Positions 45,092 through 56,702 of a stretch of DNA of 64,000 bases are shown one piece after another. Within the stretch, counting starts at the first letter, position 1, and each line of letters begins with the position of its first letter. Origin of the DNA: Rebecca billardiae RCC1528 (Eukaryota; Protista; Haptophyta); NCBI GenBank assembly GCA_965240325.2, contig OZ251223.1, positions 4,030,001 to 4,094,000 of the forward strand, in the 5' to 3' direction. The position numbers and the translations under genes were made by a program. The notes under the pieces are model-generated. The model was not told where the DNA came from and did no database searches. It saw only the letters and a list, made by a program, of their open reading frames with translations.

Positions 45092-46248
45092 TGATTTAAC
45101 GACACAGGTCCGCGCGGGTCATGCGCCAATAAAACTCACGCGCGAAAACAAAGCGCGGAAAATGAAAACGCGCTTCGCGAGGGCGCGCTGGCCTCGATGG
45201 GCGCTTGGCGCGCGCGCGGCGCGGCGCGCTGCGGCCGTCGAGTTGCCGTGCGAAGGCGGCGCGTTGCGTGCGTGGCATCGGAACGCTACCGTGTTCCGCA
45301 CTGCGCCCCGCAGCTCGCTCCTCGTCGGCTTTGCCGCGCCTACGATCAGCGCGCATGCGAGCGTCGCCTCGGAATGAGCAGCCCGCGCCGGCCTCAGCCG
45401 TGAGCGCCCGCCTGGCGCGCGATACGATCAACTCGGGGCACGAGCTGCGGCTGAGCGATGAAGCATGTGCCTGCGCGCAAGCCGCGCCGCCTTGAGACAT
45501 CGATCGTGCGCGTTGATGCAGCTTCAGACGGCTGTCGACGAATGCCGATCAGCCTGCACGAGCCTTGCATGCAGTGGAGATGAAACAACAAACCGTGAGC
45601 GCCCTGAAGCGATGAATAGGAGTCTTCGGGTTGCGTGTGCGCGCAGCGACTTGTGTACATCTATGCATCGCCTGCGCGCGTGGCTGCCGTCATGCCATGC
45701 TTGAGTAGTTGCTCTGATGAGGAGTCCTTTCAAGGGCACCGCGACATTCGCAAGGGCAAGAAGAATAGTTGCGTGCAAGGTGCATGCTCTGCTCACGATC
45801 GATGTCTCAAGGCGGCGCGGCTTGCGCGCAGGCACATGCTTCATCGCTCAGCCGCAGCTCGTGCCCCGAGTTGATCGTATCGCGCGCCAGGCGGGCGCTC
45901 ACGGCTGAGGCCGGCGCGGGCTGCTCATTCCGAGGCAACGCTCGCATGCGCGCTGATCGTAGGCGCGGCAAAGTCGACGAGGAGCGAGCTGCGGGGCGCA
46001 GTGCGGAGCATGGTCGTGTTCCGATGCCACGCAAGCAACGCGCCGCCTTCGCACGGCAACTCGACGGCCGCAGCGCGCCGCGCCGCGCGCGCGCCAAGCG
46101 CTGGTGCGCCGCAGTCCGGGTTGGCGGCCGCCACTGGCGCAGCGCCAGTCCGGAGGGGTGGCAGCGCTGACCCGGGAACGCCCTTGCGGTTGCGGCGGGT
46201 GGGGCCGGGCCGGGGGGGGGTCTTCGTCCTAGCTGTGTCGTTGAATCA
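45092..46248. mobile_element. TA-flanked element with 16-bp TIRs enclosing foldback 3
   Basis: TA|TGATTTAACGACACAG (45092-45107) and CTGTGTCGTTGAATCA|TA (46233-46248), one mismatch. Confidence 0.6.
45201..46101. repeat. Foldback element 3: ~308-bp inverted arms (45201-45508 / 45794-46101), 285-bp spacer
   Basis: Mirror ORFs 45205..45495(+) and 45807..46097(-). Flanked by TGG on both sides. Confidence 0.92.
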
Positions 46249-46665
46249 TATATATATATATGATTATACCACGTCGTTAATATATATATATATATATATA
46301 TTGAGTACTAGTTCATTGCTATGATAAGGTACAGTTCGTCACTACCAGTAAGAGAGGGTCTTCGACAGATCTAAGATAGCAATCTCCCAACTCCAATGGT
46401 AGTTAGTTTCACTATGGCACTTTAGTTGGACACACACAAACATTCCCCCTGACCAATCTAAACGGATCGACGCCAATCAGGGGACGGGCGTGTCAGTATT
46501 TCTTCAGCTCAGGCACCTATTAATCATCGACAGCGCGCTGATTGACACTACTATGGTCATGATCGGCCACGCACCGTATCGCGAGTTCGCGACCCTTTGA
46601 TCTACCCAACCTCGCCCGGGCGGGAATCCGGCCAGCCCCCCCGCTTCTCCGGAGGCTGGGGTGAA

Positions 46666-48977
46666 ATGCCCTCGGGCGCGGGAGCAAAGCCGAGCCCATG
46701 GCGCTCGAATGGGGCGCGCTCGAGCCGCGTGACGCCCCAGCAGGAGAGCTCGGGCAATCTGCTCGCAAGCGTGGCGCGACACTCGCGATCGGTCGCGAGC
46801 GCAGGGCGCAAGGGTGAGAGCGACGGCGGGCAAGCCAGCAGAGCGCGAGCGAGCGCTTCGAGCGCCAGCTCACGCGATGACGTCAGAGTCTCGCTCGTGC
46901 GTCGGCTCTCGGTCGGGCCGCGCGCCTTCGGCGGCTTTGGGCAGAACGCGAACGTGCGTGCGCGGCTCGACTCAGCGCACGCCACGGGCGCCCGCTTCCG
47001 CCGGACCGTGCAGCTCCCGCTGCTCGCGTGGAGCGGCGTGCTCAGCTGCGGCGGCTTCGCGCTCGCGCTTTTGCTCCTCGCCCACGACCAGCTCGACCTC
47101 GAGCTGCAGCTCGCCTTCCAGCTCATCATGTTTGGCTGCTTTGTGCAGCTGTTTGCGCTGCTGCCGACAGACAAGCTCTTCATCGACCTGGTCGCGATGT
47201 TCGAGGGCTCTGCGGGCTCGGTGTGGGTGCTCGTGTGCCTGGGCGTCACCGCGCTCGAGCTCCGCCGCGGCTCGCGCATAGCCGACGACCCGCTCGCCGC
47301 GCCCGCGCCGTACGGCATGTACGAGAGCGGCTGCGGCTCCGGGCTGCCGGCCGTGCGGCCGTGCTGGTGGCCTTACGCGATCGCCGCGCGCACGTTTGCG
47401 TGGGCCGCGCTGGTGGCGTACTTCGTGGGGCGCGTCGGCGTGCTCTGCGTGCCGTGGCCCTCGTGCGTGCGCCGCGCGCTCTGCCTCGGCGAGCTCCGCT
47501 CGTCCCGCGCGCGGCTGGACGTGCAGTGGCACGCCAAGGGCGTGGTGACGGCGGGCTCGTGCTGCGCGAGCGCGCTCACGCTCGGCCTCAAGCACGCGCT
47601 GATGCCGTCGTGGGTGCCGCTGGACGCGCTCGCGGGGGACGCGGCGCTGCTCGCGCGCGCGCGGCGCGAGCGGGCGCTCGTGATCGGCGCGTGGCTCGGC
47701 ACGCTCCTGCAGGGCTCCGTCGCCCTCTGCTGCTTCATCCCGCGCGTGCGCGTGCGGCTGATGGCCTTCCTGGCGGCGCGCTCCGAGAGCCTGAACGCCG
47801 CGGCGGGCATCGCGGCGCTGCTCGGCGGGCGCGAGCCGGCGGCGGTGCAGAAGGAGGCGGAGGGCGCGTTCCGGTACGTGACGCTCGACCGCCTGTCCAA
47901 GGACGAGCTCGCGCAGCCCACCCCCGACCCCGTGCTGTACGCCCGCTCCGTGCCCGCCGCCTTTGGTGAGGTCGATGCGTTTGTCTCACACTCGGTGCGG
48001 CGCGCGCGTGTGCGCGCGTGTGTGTGTGCGCTTGTGTGTGTGCGCGTGCGCGTGCGCGTGTGTGTGTGCGTGTGCGCGCGTGTGTGTGCGTGTGCGCGTG
48101 TGTGTGCGCGCGTGCGCGTGCGCGTGCGCGTGCGCGTGTGTGCGTGCGTGCGTGGCCGTCGACGGGCGCGGCGCGGCGCGGGCGTGTGCGCGTGTGCGTA
48201 TAGCGCGCGTGGGTGCACCGGCGCCGCGCCCGTCGGCGCGCGCACGGGGCGCGCCCCGCCGCACGCCCCGCCGCGCCGCTGAGGGCTCACACGCCCCGCC
48301 CGGCGCGGGCGCGCGCACGCCTCCAGTGGAGTGACTCGGCGGGCGAGAAGTGGGAGGCGCTGCAGGCGTGGCGCGCGCAGTTCAAGATGCGCTGCGGGCG
48401 CGAGCCCAAGCTGTGGCTGTGAGCGCCGCCACCGCGCGCCGCGCGCGCCGCCGCAGGCCACACGCGACCCCTGCCTGGCGCTGCTGCTGCGTGTGTGCGC
48501 TGACGGGCTGGGTCGGCCCCGCCACCGCCACCGCGCGGCCGCGCCGCGCCGCGCCGCCATCGCTGCTGCCTCAGTGACAAGTGCTGCATTGACCAGCGAA
48601 ACATCGAGCAGAACCTGGCGTGCCTCCCAGTGTTCCTCGCCGGCTGCCACACGCTGCTCATCTTCGCGGGCGAGACCTACCTCACGCGGCTCTGGTGAGC
48701 CGCCCGCCCGCCCTGCCCGCCCGCCGCCGCCGCCGCCGCCGCCGCGCCGCCGCTGCGGCGGCACGCACGCACGCGCCGCCGGCCGCGAGGCGCGGCTGGT
48801 GCGGCGGCGCGCTGACGGCCCGCGCGCCGCCCACGCCCTTTCGCGCCCCGCCCCCGCGCAGGTGCGTGATCGAGCTCGCCGTCTTCCTCGAGATGGGCGG
48901 TGAGCTGCACCGCATCGCGTTCGTGCCCCTCGGGCTCAGCCGCGAGCCGAGGGGCGTCCCCGCGGAGGCGGCGGCGC

Positions 48978-49017
<40 letters not shown>

Positions 49018-49630
49018 GCACGGCGCGCCGGGCATGGCCGCGGCCGCCGACGCGGTGCTGGGCTTCGACGAGGAGGCGGCGGACGCCGAGCCGCCCGGTC
49101 CGCGCCCCGCGCACGCGCCGCGCACCAAGAGCCACTCGGGCGCATACGCCTCTCTCGAGCAGCGCGTGCGGCACTTTGACGTGACGGCCGCGCAGTGCTC
49201 CAACCCGCTCGAGCGCGAGCGGCTGCTGGCGATGGTCGAGCAGGGCTTCGGCGGGATGAGCGCGTTCGACCAGTCGCTGCGTGTGGTGCTCGAGCCGCTG
49301 ATCCTCGCCGACGCGCCGCAGGCGGCCAGCTCGCGCCACGCCGCGCACTTGTTCGATCCAGGCACGACCATCGAGCGCGCCATGGCGGCGGCCGAGCGCG
49401 CTGCCGCCTCGGCCGCCGCCGCCGTGCTCGCATCGCGCGGCCACGACGAGGGCAAGGTGCGGCCCGGGGCTCGGTTCGGGCTGACACCAAGTAGCCGCCG
49501 CCAGTCGCCGGAGGCGTTGGTCGGGAGCGCCTCCTCGGCGTCCTCAGCACCCGCCGATGCGTCGATGGCAGCCACGACGCGGATACAGACGCTCGCTGCT
49601 TCTCCTACTGTGCCTGACGCGGTGCCATGA
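46666..49630 (+). CDS. Multi-pass membrane protein with C-terminal TIR-like domain; introns 47995-48326, 48419-48574, 48695-48861
   Basis: The spliced product reads DAFVSHSWSD...KW..L...WLDKCCIDQ.NI...[10 protein letters not shown]...[14 protein letters not shown]. Six to seven hydrophobic helices lie upstream. Confidence 0.75.
48001..48152. repeat. Intronic alternating purine-pyrimidine (GT/GC)n tract
   Basis: gtgtgcgcgtgtgtg... over ~150 bp, which makes this the longest intron in the window. Confidence 0.85.
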
Positions 49631-49897
49631 CACGGAACTACGGTCCTCATCGTCACGAGTCACGAGTCACGTCCGTAGCACTAGCAGACCTACGACTGAT
49701 AGTATATATTTAATATATATAGTCTTCATCATATATTCATCTAAACTATACGGCGCGGTACTGTAAGTTCATTGCGCGCCGTAACTATATATATACGACG
49801 ACTATACGTACTAGCTATACTATAATTATGAGCAGTACGGCCGACGACGATCTGCGATGCGCTTGATACTCGACGACGACAGTTATACTTATTCATC

Positions 49898-49900
<3 letters not shown>

Positions 49901-49952
<52 letters not shown>
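49901..49952. repeat. (TA)n microsatellite
   Basis: TA run in a convergent spacer. Confidence 0.95.
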
Positions 49953-49956
<4 letters not shown>

Positions 49957-50264
49957 GCATATCTGTCGTCGGAGTCTCGCCACAATGAGTCTCTCGGATG
50001 ACGACCGATCGTCCAGAGCACAGTCCGGTAATAATTGACTACGGCGGTACGTGAGTATCACGTCGGTCGTACGTTACACTCTGGGTACTGACGCGCGTAC
50101 CCGCCGCGCCGCGCGTCGTATATTGCCTGGTACCGCACGTGATGTAGCTGTGAGTGAGACTACTGGCAGGCACGCGTACTCGTCAGCTGCTAGTCACCTA
50201 GTGCCCGTAGACGTCACAGTAGTAGCTTACGCGGCACGCACGCCGTGCCCGCGACCGGGCCGGA

Positions 50265-51197
50265 CTATTCGCGGTGATTGCGCCGCAAGAGCCGCTGGAA
50301 GTAGCCTGCCATCGGGAGTCGCCCGTCGGCCCCGACCGTGTCCGTCCGCGCCTGGTCGGACACTGCGGCTGCCTGCCCTGGCAGCCGGGGTGGCTGGAGC
50401 TCGATGCACCAGCCCTCGCGCAGCCGGCTGGAGGGCAACGGGCAACCCTCCGCCGACGCAGCAGCAGGCGATGTCGCCCTACCCTCTGCACTGTCACCGT
50501 CACTGCCTTCGCGCCAACTCGGCGATGTTTCCTCAATGTCGCACGCGGGCTCCTTCCTCACGAGCACCAACGCGTCATCCCGAGGATTGGAGTAGTAGCC
50601 TCGGCGCCGGCCGGCACCGTCAAAGCCTCGCGCTCCGTAGAGGCGCAATGCTGCGCGGTTGGAAGAGCGGACCTCGAGCACGAAAAGCGCGACACCAGCC
50701 TGCCGACCCTCGTCGATGGCAGCATCGAGTAGGAGCGCGGCTGCGCCACGCCGCCGATAGCGCCGTGACACGGCCAAGTTTGTGATCATGGCCTCGTCGA
50801 GCACGATGCTCAGAAAGATGAAGCCGACGAGTGGTGTGTTCGCGCCATTCGCAAACAGGCCAAAGGCGAGCGTGCTGTCACTCTGGATCTCCGAGAGGTA
50901 CTGGTCGCGCGTCCATAGGCCCGGCGCGTGAGCGTCAACGTCGAGGGCGTGCACGTCCTCGACGTCCTCGTTTTGCAGCAGGCGCACCGTGCACGGCACC
51001 GCTCCCCACAAGTCGACGTCGCCAGCACGTGCAGAGAGGGATTTGACGGTGCCGCGCACGCGCAGCGGGTGCCTGACGAGACCGACGTGCGCTACGCGCA
51101 TGGGCGAATCCATTATGCCAAGCGCCGAAGACACACCCAGCACAAGCGACAGCGCCCGAGTTGAGCGCGTGCGATCGGCACGCACGCGGGCCGCCAT
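50265..51197 (-). CDS. rimI: RimI-like GNAT N-acetyltransferase, possibly organelle-targeted
   Basis: VLDEAMITNLAVSRRYRRRGAA, LEVRSSNRAALRLY...GF...GRRRGYY..PRDDALVL, plus an N-terminal leader. Confidence 0.85.
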   Translation of the reverse strand: MAARVRADRTRSTRALSLVLGVSSALGIMDSPMRVAHVGLVRHPLRVRGTVKSLSARAGDVDLWGAVPCTVRLLQNEDVEDVHALDVDAHAPGLWTRDQYLSEIQSDSTLAFGLFANGANTPLVGFIFLSIVLDEAMITNLAVSRRYRRRGAAALLLDAAIDEGRQAGVALFVLEVRSSNRAALRLYGARGFDGAGRRRGYYSNPRDDALVLVRKEPACDIEETSPSWREGSDGDSAEGRATSPAAASAEGCPLPSSRLREGWCIELQPPRLPGQAAAVSDQARTDTVGADGRLPMAGYFQRLLRRNHRE

Positions 51198-51434
51198 CGT
51201 TCCTTCGGCAGCAAAGATGCGACAGGCGAGCCCGACGCCCGTGCCTGGACACGCTGCCTGCACCTGCGCACCCGTGCGGTGTTGCGCGCACCCGGCCGTC
51301 ATCAATCCATGGCCGACAGGACCAACAACCCCACTCGGCGGGAGGAGGACGCAGCTCATCCCGTGCGAGTGAGCTCGGCCTCCGATCGGGGTGAGACCAG
51401 CCGCCCCAAGCAGCCGCTTCGTCCCGGCGGTCCG

Positions 51435-54400
51435 ATGGGCGACGGCGAGGCGGCGGAGGCGCTGCCGGAGGGTTCCCGGAGCGTCACCGTGGGTGTGCGA
51501 TCGTCTGGGCCGAGGCCGCATGGCCGTGCTGCGACTGGCGCGACGAACGCGCCGAGATGGAGTGGCTGCACCGCCACTCACTCGTTTTCAGTCGACCAGG
51601 GCCCCACCGCCCCCGCCGCTTCGCCCTCGCTGGGCCCTCCTGCCGCCTGCTCACTGGGCCAGCAGCGACCGGCGGTCGTTGATGCGAGCGCACACCAGAG
51701 CGCGCCGACTGTCATCCAGTTCCGCCCAGGCGAGGACGACGTCGGCGAAGCTTACGGTGCTGGGGCGCTCGCGCACACTCGACGCGCGCTCCAGATCGCC
51801 GCGGCCTCCCGCGCCGCCATCCTGGCCAACCGCGCGGCGTACGCGGGCTCCGGGGTGCGCGAGCGCCGAGCTGAGGACGGCGCTGGTGCTGGTGCCCTCG
51901 CGGCCAATCGGCGCGCGCTGCAGGCCGCCGCGGCCTCCCGCGCAGCCATCCTGGCCAACCTCGCGGCACGCGCAGGCTCGGCGTGCCAAGTGCGCCAGCC
52001 CACAGCCGGCGACCACTTCGGCTCCAGCCGCGCGGCTGCTCGCGCGCCTCGAGCGCACGAGCAGCACAGCGGCGCGCGGAGGGATGGTGGCGGCGCAGAG
52101 AGGGGTGGTGGCAGTGCCCTCGAGGCCAACCGGCGCGCGATCCGCCTCGCCGCTGCCGCCCGCGCCGCCTACCCCGCGCGCGTGGGCGCGGGCGCGCACC
52201 CCGGGCACCGAGAGCACCGGCCAGCAGCCGCAGACGCTTTCTGCGCGCCGCCCCACTCGCGCAGCGAGGCGCGCTCGGCCGAGGGGCTCGGAGCGGTGGC
52301 CGACACCCTGGCTGGTGCGGCCGAGTGCGATGCGCGACTCGCCGTCAGCGACGTCTCGCAGCCCGCCGTCTCAGCGCACCGCGCGGCGGGCGCGGTGGTA
52401 CGGCTGGGCACGGCGACGGAGTCCTCCCACTCGAGCCCCGACCCCGCCTGCGAGCCTCGCGCGGGCAGCGCCGAGCTCGCGCCGTCGCACGGTGCGGCCG
52501 CGCCTGCGAGCGCTCACGTTGCCCCTGCAGCCGCAGGCAACTCGCAGCCCGCCGCTTCAGCGCACAGCGCGGCAGACGCGGCGGCGCGGCGGTGTGCCGC
52601 AGCGCGGCGGTGCGCGGCGGCGCGGCGGTGCGTGGCGCCCGAGTCCTCCCGCTCGAGCCCCGCCCCCGCCTGCAGGCCTCACTCAGGGGACGCCCCCAGG
52701 CTCGGCTCGGCGCACGGGGCGGCCGCGCCAGCGGCAGGCGAGGGCGCGCTCACCGACGCCGTGGCGGAGTCCTGTGGGCTCAGCCCAGCCCCGGCTGGCG
52801 AGCCTCGCGCAGGCGAGGACGAGCGCGCAGCAGCGCACGGAGCGGCTGCTCCGCTGGCCGATCGCGACGCGCTCGCCACGACTGCCGCTTCCCAGCCGGT
52901 CGCCGCAGTGCGCCACTCGGCGGGCGCGGCGTCTCGGCAGCGCGGCCCGGCGCAATCATTTCGCCCGAGCCCAGCCCCGGCCTGCGAGCCACGCGCGGAC
53001 GACGATGCGCTCGCAGCAGCACAAGGAGCGGCTGCGCCGGCGGCCGAGCGCGACGTGCTCCCCAACAGCGGAGCCTCAGCCGCCATCTCCCTCGGCCTCA
53101 CAGCGCGCGCGGCGGCTGCCGGGCCGTGCACGGCGGTGGCGGACAGCTCCGCAGCCACGCAGTCCCTCGGTGCCAGCCCGGCCCCTGCCTGCGAGCCTGA
53201 TCTGGTCGACCGTGGGGTCGGAGCAGCGCACGGCGTCGCTGCGCTGGCGGCCGACCGCGATGCGCTCGCGAACGCCGACGCCTCCGAGCATGCGGCCGCC
53301 GGCAGCGGCCGCGTGCTGCTTGCCCACACAGCAGCCTCAGCAGGCGAGGGCGCGCCAGGCGCCGCTGCAGCGGCGCAGCCTCGCGCGCCCGCGGCGGAGG
53401 GCGATTCTCCCTGCCGAAGCGCGAACCGGCACTCGCCTCCGCCAGCCTCGGCGCCGCCTTCTTCCCGCGGCGCTGCGATGGCCGCGGTGCTCAAGGCTGG
53501 CACGCTCCGCAAGCGCGGCGCATCCACGTGGCAGTCGAAGCTCTCGCCGCGGCTCTTCGTGCTGCACGCCAACCGCCTCGACTACTACCTCCCTCTGCCC
53601 GAGCTGGAGCTGCTCGCAGCGATCTCGCTCGACGACTGCGAGCTGACGCCCGTCGCGAGCGCGGGCCGCGGGACGTACTATGCGACCTCGTGCGGGAGGC
53701 TGCGCGCGCGGTTCGACGGCGAATCTGGCGAGAGCATGCGCGCTGCCATCGCCTCCGCCTCCGCCGCCGTGCGCAAGTCCCTGCTGGGCAACTTCACGCG
53801 CTCGCTGTCGTTGCTCCCGCTCGAGGTCGTCGTCATGGCGGCGCTCGGCTCGATCCCGTCGCTCGAGACCTTCTGCTACCTGCCGCACGCCGGCTCATCC
53901 GGCTCGTCCGGCTCGCCCGCCGAGCCGGGCTGCGTGGCGTGGATGATCTGCAGCATCGCGACGCGCACGCTGTTTGTGGTGGGCGGGCCTCTCGTCAAGC
54001 TCGTGCAGCGCGGCTCCATCCCGCTGTACGGCCCGGGCTGGATGACGGGCGCGGAGCTGGACGGGGAGAACGAGCTGGAGCTCAAGCTGACGACGGGGCA
54101 GCGCGAGTACCGCGTGCAGACCGGCACACCCGAGGAGGCGTCGAGCTGGCTCGCCGCCATCCGCGCGGCCATCCGAGCGCTGGGCGCGACGATGGAGGCC
54201 AGCGACATTGAGCGCACGCCGCCGCCCGACCCGGCGCCGCTGCACGCCGAGGAGCGGCGCGGGTCGCACCCGTTCCCGATCGCGTCGTGCGACTCGCTCT
54301 TCGCGCTCGACGAGCCCGCCTCCCCGCCCCACGTGCTCGGCGTCGTCGAGACGCCGGCCACGCGCGCCGGTGCGGACGCGGCCGCGGCGGCCCGCGCTGA

Positions 54401-56069
54401 CGGCAGCGCCGAGCGCGGCGCAGGCGGCAAGGGCGGGGCGGGCGACGGGACGCCGGGCACGCGCGCGGCCGTGGGCAAGGCCTTGCCTGGCCCCGCTGCC
54501 GCGAGCGCCGAGCGCGGCGCTGGCGGCACGCGCGAGCCGGCCGACGACTCGACCGCACCTCGCGCCCAGACCGGTGCGGCCGCGCTCGCAGAGGCGGCTC
54601 TCGCGTCGAGTGGCGCGCGCGCGTCGAATGGCGCGGCTGCGCCCGCGCTGAGCCCGAGCGGGACCGATGGTGCTGCGCAAGCGCACTCGGAGGCCTCACT
54701 CTCGCCGCTCTCGCACGACTCGCCCTCGCGCGCGCCGCCCTCGGCCGGCGCCTCCCCCGGCATGGCGGGTGCGATGATGCTCGTCTGGTCGAGGCTCTCC
54801 TCCGAGCGCGAGCAGCATCAGCTGCTGGCGGCCTTTGCGCGCTGGCGCCACTTCGCCGAGTCCTCCACGCTGGCGGAGGTGGAGGCGGTGCTGCAGCGCT
54901 ACTTCGAGCTCTCGGGCGGCTCGGACCTGCTGATCAGCCCGGCCAGCCTCTTCCGCAGCTCGTACGTCCCGCTGGGCGACGACTACGACGAGATGAGCTA
55001 CGCGCCTTACGCGCCCTTCCGCCCGCACGGAGACGCGCAGACCGACGGTGCGCAGAGCGACGCGGACGAGCTGAGCTCGACGCCCGCCTCCTCGAGCTCG
55101 ACGCCGGCCACGGCGGGTGCGCACGCGGGCGCGGGGCGCGAGCATGCGGAGGACGCGCGGCGTGCCGGCGCGGCGGCGGAGGTGGCGCAGCACGCCGCCG
55201 CTGCGCTCGACGCGCCCCCAGCCGACGTCTGCATGCCGCCGGCCGGCGAGGGCTCGTGCGCTGCCGCCGGCACGCCTGGCACGCCGCTCAGCCAGGGCCG
55301 CGCGTGCTCGGGCTCGAGCGGCGCGCAGACGCCCACGCGGCGCGTGCGCGCCGCGTCTCGGCTGCAGACCATCATCGACGAGCTCGAGCGCTCCGTGCGC
55401 GCCGGCGCGGGCTCGGACGCTCCCAGCGGCACGGCCGGAGCGGGGCGGCCGCGCGAGGAGCAGCTGCTGCTGCTGCTCGAGCAGGCGCGCGCGCTCGCGG
55501 GCGCCGTGCGGCCGTCGCGCTCGTTCGACGCGACGCCGGCCTCGCTCGATGCGGCCGCCGTTGCCGAGGAGGCGGCCGCGCGCTCGGAGGCGCGCGCCCC
55601 GCCCGCCGCGGCGCCGTGCGCGCCCGCCGCCGCCGTGACGGCGCCCCCGGAGCGCGCAGACGGCGTGGCTGGCCGCGGCGGCGCTCCGCGCGCGCTCAGC
55701 GTGCACGTGCTCTCCAACGCGACGCGTCGCGACGCGCGCGGCCGGTACACGGCGTACGAGGTGAGCGTGAGCGACGGCGAGATGGCGTGGGTCGTGTGGC
55801 GGCGGTACTCGCAGTTCGAGGCGCTGCACGCGTACCTGCAGGACGAGCGCGGCTTCGCGCCCGCGCTGCCGCCCAAGACGCGGCTGCCGCTGCGCTCGAG
55901 AGTCGTCGCGCTGCGCCAGGCCGAGCTCGAGCGCTACCTGGCGGAGGTGACGGCCAACCTGCGCGCGTACACGCCCGAGCAGCGCAAGGTGCTCGCAGGC
56001 TTCCTGCAGGCGCCCGTGGCCTCGCTCGCTCGCGCCGCGGGCGCGGACCCTGCCATAGTCGTAGGCTAG
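51435..56069 (+). CDS. Large PH- and PX-domain protein with a repetitive low-complexity N-terminus
   Basis: PH: VLKAGTLRKRG...RLFVL...LDYY and REYRVQTGTPEEASSWLAAI. PX: YTAYEVSV...VWRRYSQFEALH...LPPK...RQAELERYL. Start uncertain. Confidence 0.8.
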   Translation: MGDGEAAEALPEGSRSVTVGVRSSGPRPHGRAATGATNAPRWSGCTATHSFSVDQGPTAPAASPSLGPPAACSLGQQRPAVVDASAHQSAPTVIQFRPGEDDVGEAYGAGALAHTRRALQIAAASRAAILANRAAYAGSGVRERRAEDGAGAGALAANRRALQAAAASRAAILANLAARAGSACQVRQPTAGDHFGSSRAAARAPRAHEQHSGARRDGGGAERGGGSALEANRRAIRLAAAARAAYPARVGAGAHPGHREHRPAAADAFCAPPHSRSEARSAEGLGAVADTLAGAAECDARLAVSDVSQPAVSAHRAAGAVVRLGTATESSHSSPDPACEPRAGSAELAPSHGAAAPASAHVAPAAAGNSQPAASAHSAADAAARRCAAARRCAAARRCVAPESSRSSPAPACRPHSGDAPRLGSAHGAAAPAAGEGALTDAVAESCGLSPAPAGEPRAGEDERAAAHGAAAPLADRDALATTAASQPVAAVRHSAGAASRQRGPAQSFRPSPAPACEPRADDDALAAAQGAAAPAAERDVLPNSGASAAISLGLTARAAAAGPCTAVADSSAATQSLGASPAPACEPDLVDRGVGAAHGVAALAADRDALANADASEHAAAGSGRVLLAHTAASAGEGAPGAAAAAQPRAPAAEGDSPCRSANRHSPPPASAPPSSRGAAMAAVLKAGTLRKRGASTWQSKLSPRLFVLHANRLDYYLPLPELELLAAISLDDCELTPVASAGRGTYYATSCGRLRARFDGESGESMRAAIASASAAVRKSLLGNFTRSLSLLPLEVVVMAALGSIPSLETFCYLPHAGSSGSSGSPAEPGCVAWMICSIATRTLFVVGGPLVKLVQRGSIPLYGPGWMTGAELDGENELELKLTTGQREYRVQTGTPEEASSWLAAIRAAIRALGATMEASDIERTPPPDPAPLHAEERRGSHPFPIASCDSLFALDEPASPPHVLGVVETPATRAGADAAAAARADGSAERGAGGKGGAGDGTPGTRAAVGKALPGPAAASAERGAGGTREPADDSTAPRAQTGAAALAEAALASSGARASNGAAAPALSPSGTDGAAQAHSEASLSPLSHDSPSRAPPSAGASPGMAGAMMLVWSRLSSEREQHQLLAAFARWRHFAESSTLAEVEAVLQRYFELSGGSDLLISPASLFRSSYVPLGDDYDEMSYAPYAPFRPHGDAQTDGAQSDADELSSTPASSSSTPATAGAHAGAGREHAEDARRAGAAAEVAQHAAAALDAPPADVCMPPAGEGSCAAAGTPGTPLSQGRACSGSSGAQTPTRRVRAASRLQTIIDELERSVRAGAGSDAPSGTAGAGRPREEQLLLLLEQARALAGAVRPSRSFDATPASLDAAAVAEEAAARSEARAPPAAAPCAPAAAVTAPPERADGVAGRGGAPRALSVHVLSNATRRDARGRYTAYEVSVSDGEMAWVVWRRYSQFEALHAYLQDERGFAPALPPKTRLPLRSRVVALRQAELERYLAEVTANLRAYTPEQRKVLAGFLQAPVASLARAAGADPAIVVG

Positions 56070-56702
56070 TTACTGGGCAGTGGGCTTCGATCGGCATCAT
56101 GCATAATGCCGCATGGATCCGTCGTCCGATCGGACGAGTAGTCAGCGGCAATATATCCCGCGGAGTCGTTGGCACACCGGGCCGGCCCGCACCGAATCAT
56201 CAGACTACGATGACGACCAAAAAAACATTCCCGGCGCGCCAGCGGCGCGGACGGGCCTAGTCGCGGGTCGATCTGGTGCCGGTGGTCAAGAACAGCTGAC
56301 GACATGCTGTGTGCCATCACTACGTACGCACTATAACTAACGGACGAGACTGTTGACTGGTGCCGGCGGTGCGCGGCTCGCGCGAGACTCTTCGCCGGCG
56401 CGCGGTGTAACCCACGGCCGCACCCGCGCCGGCGCGCGATCTGACCGACGGTGTCCGTAGTACCGGGCCCGGGGCCACGGTCCGCGACGAGCGGCGAAGC
56501 CTGCGGTGCCGGTGGCGGAAAGGGCAGCGTGCGCTGCGAGCTCCCGTGCGCGAGCACGCATTCTTGGTCTGCTCACGAAGTTGCGCAGGACAGATCGATG
56601 CAGTGGGGTGCGAGGCAGTAACCAGTGAGCATGTGGTCAGTCAGGCACACGGACAGGGTGCGATGCCTTGGAGCCAGGCCTCGGAGTGACAGTCGGCAGG
56701 AT

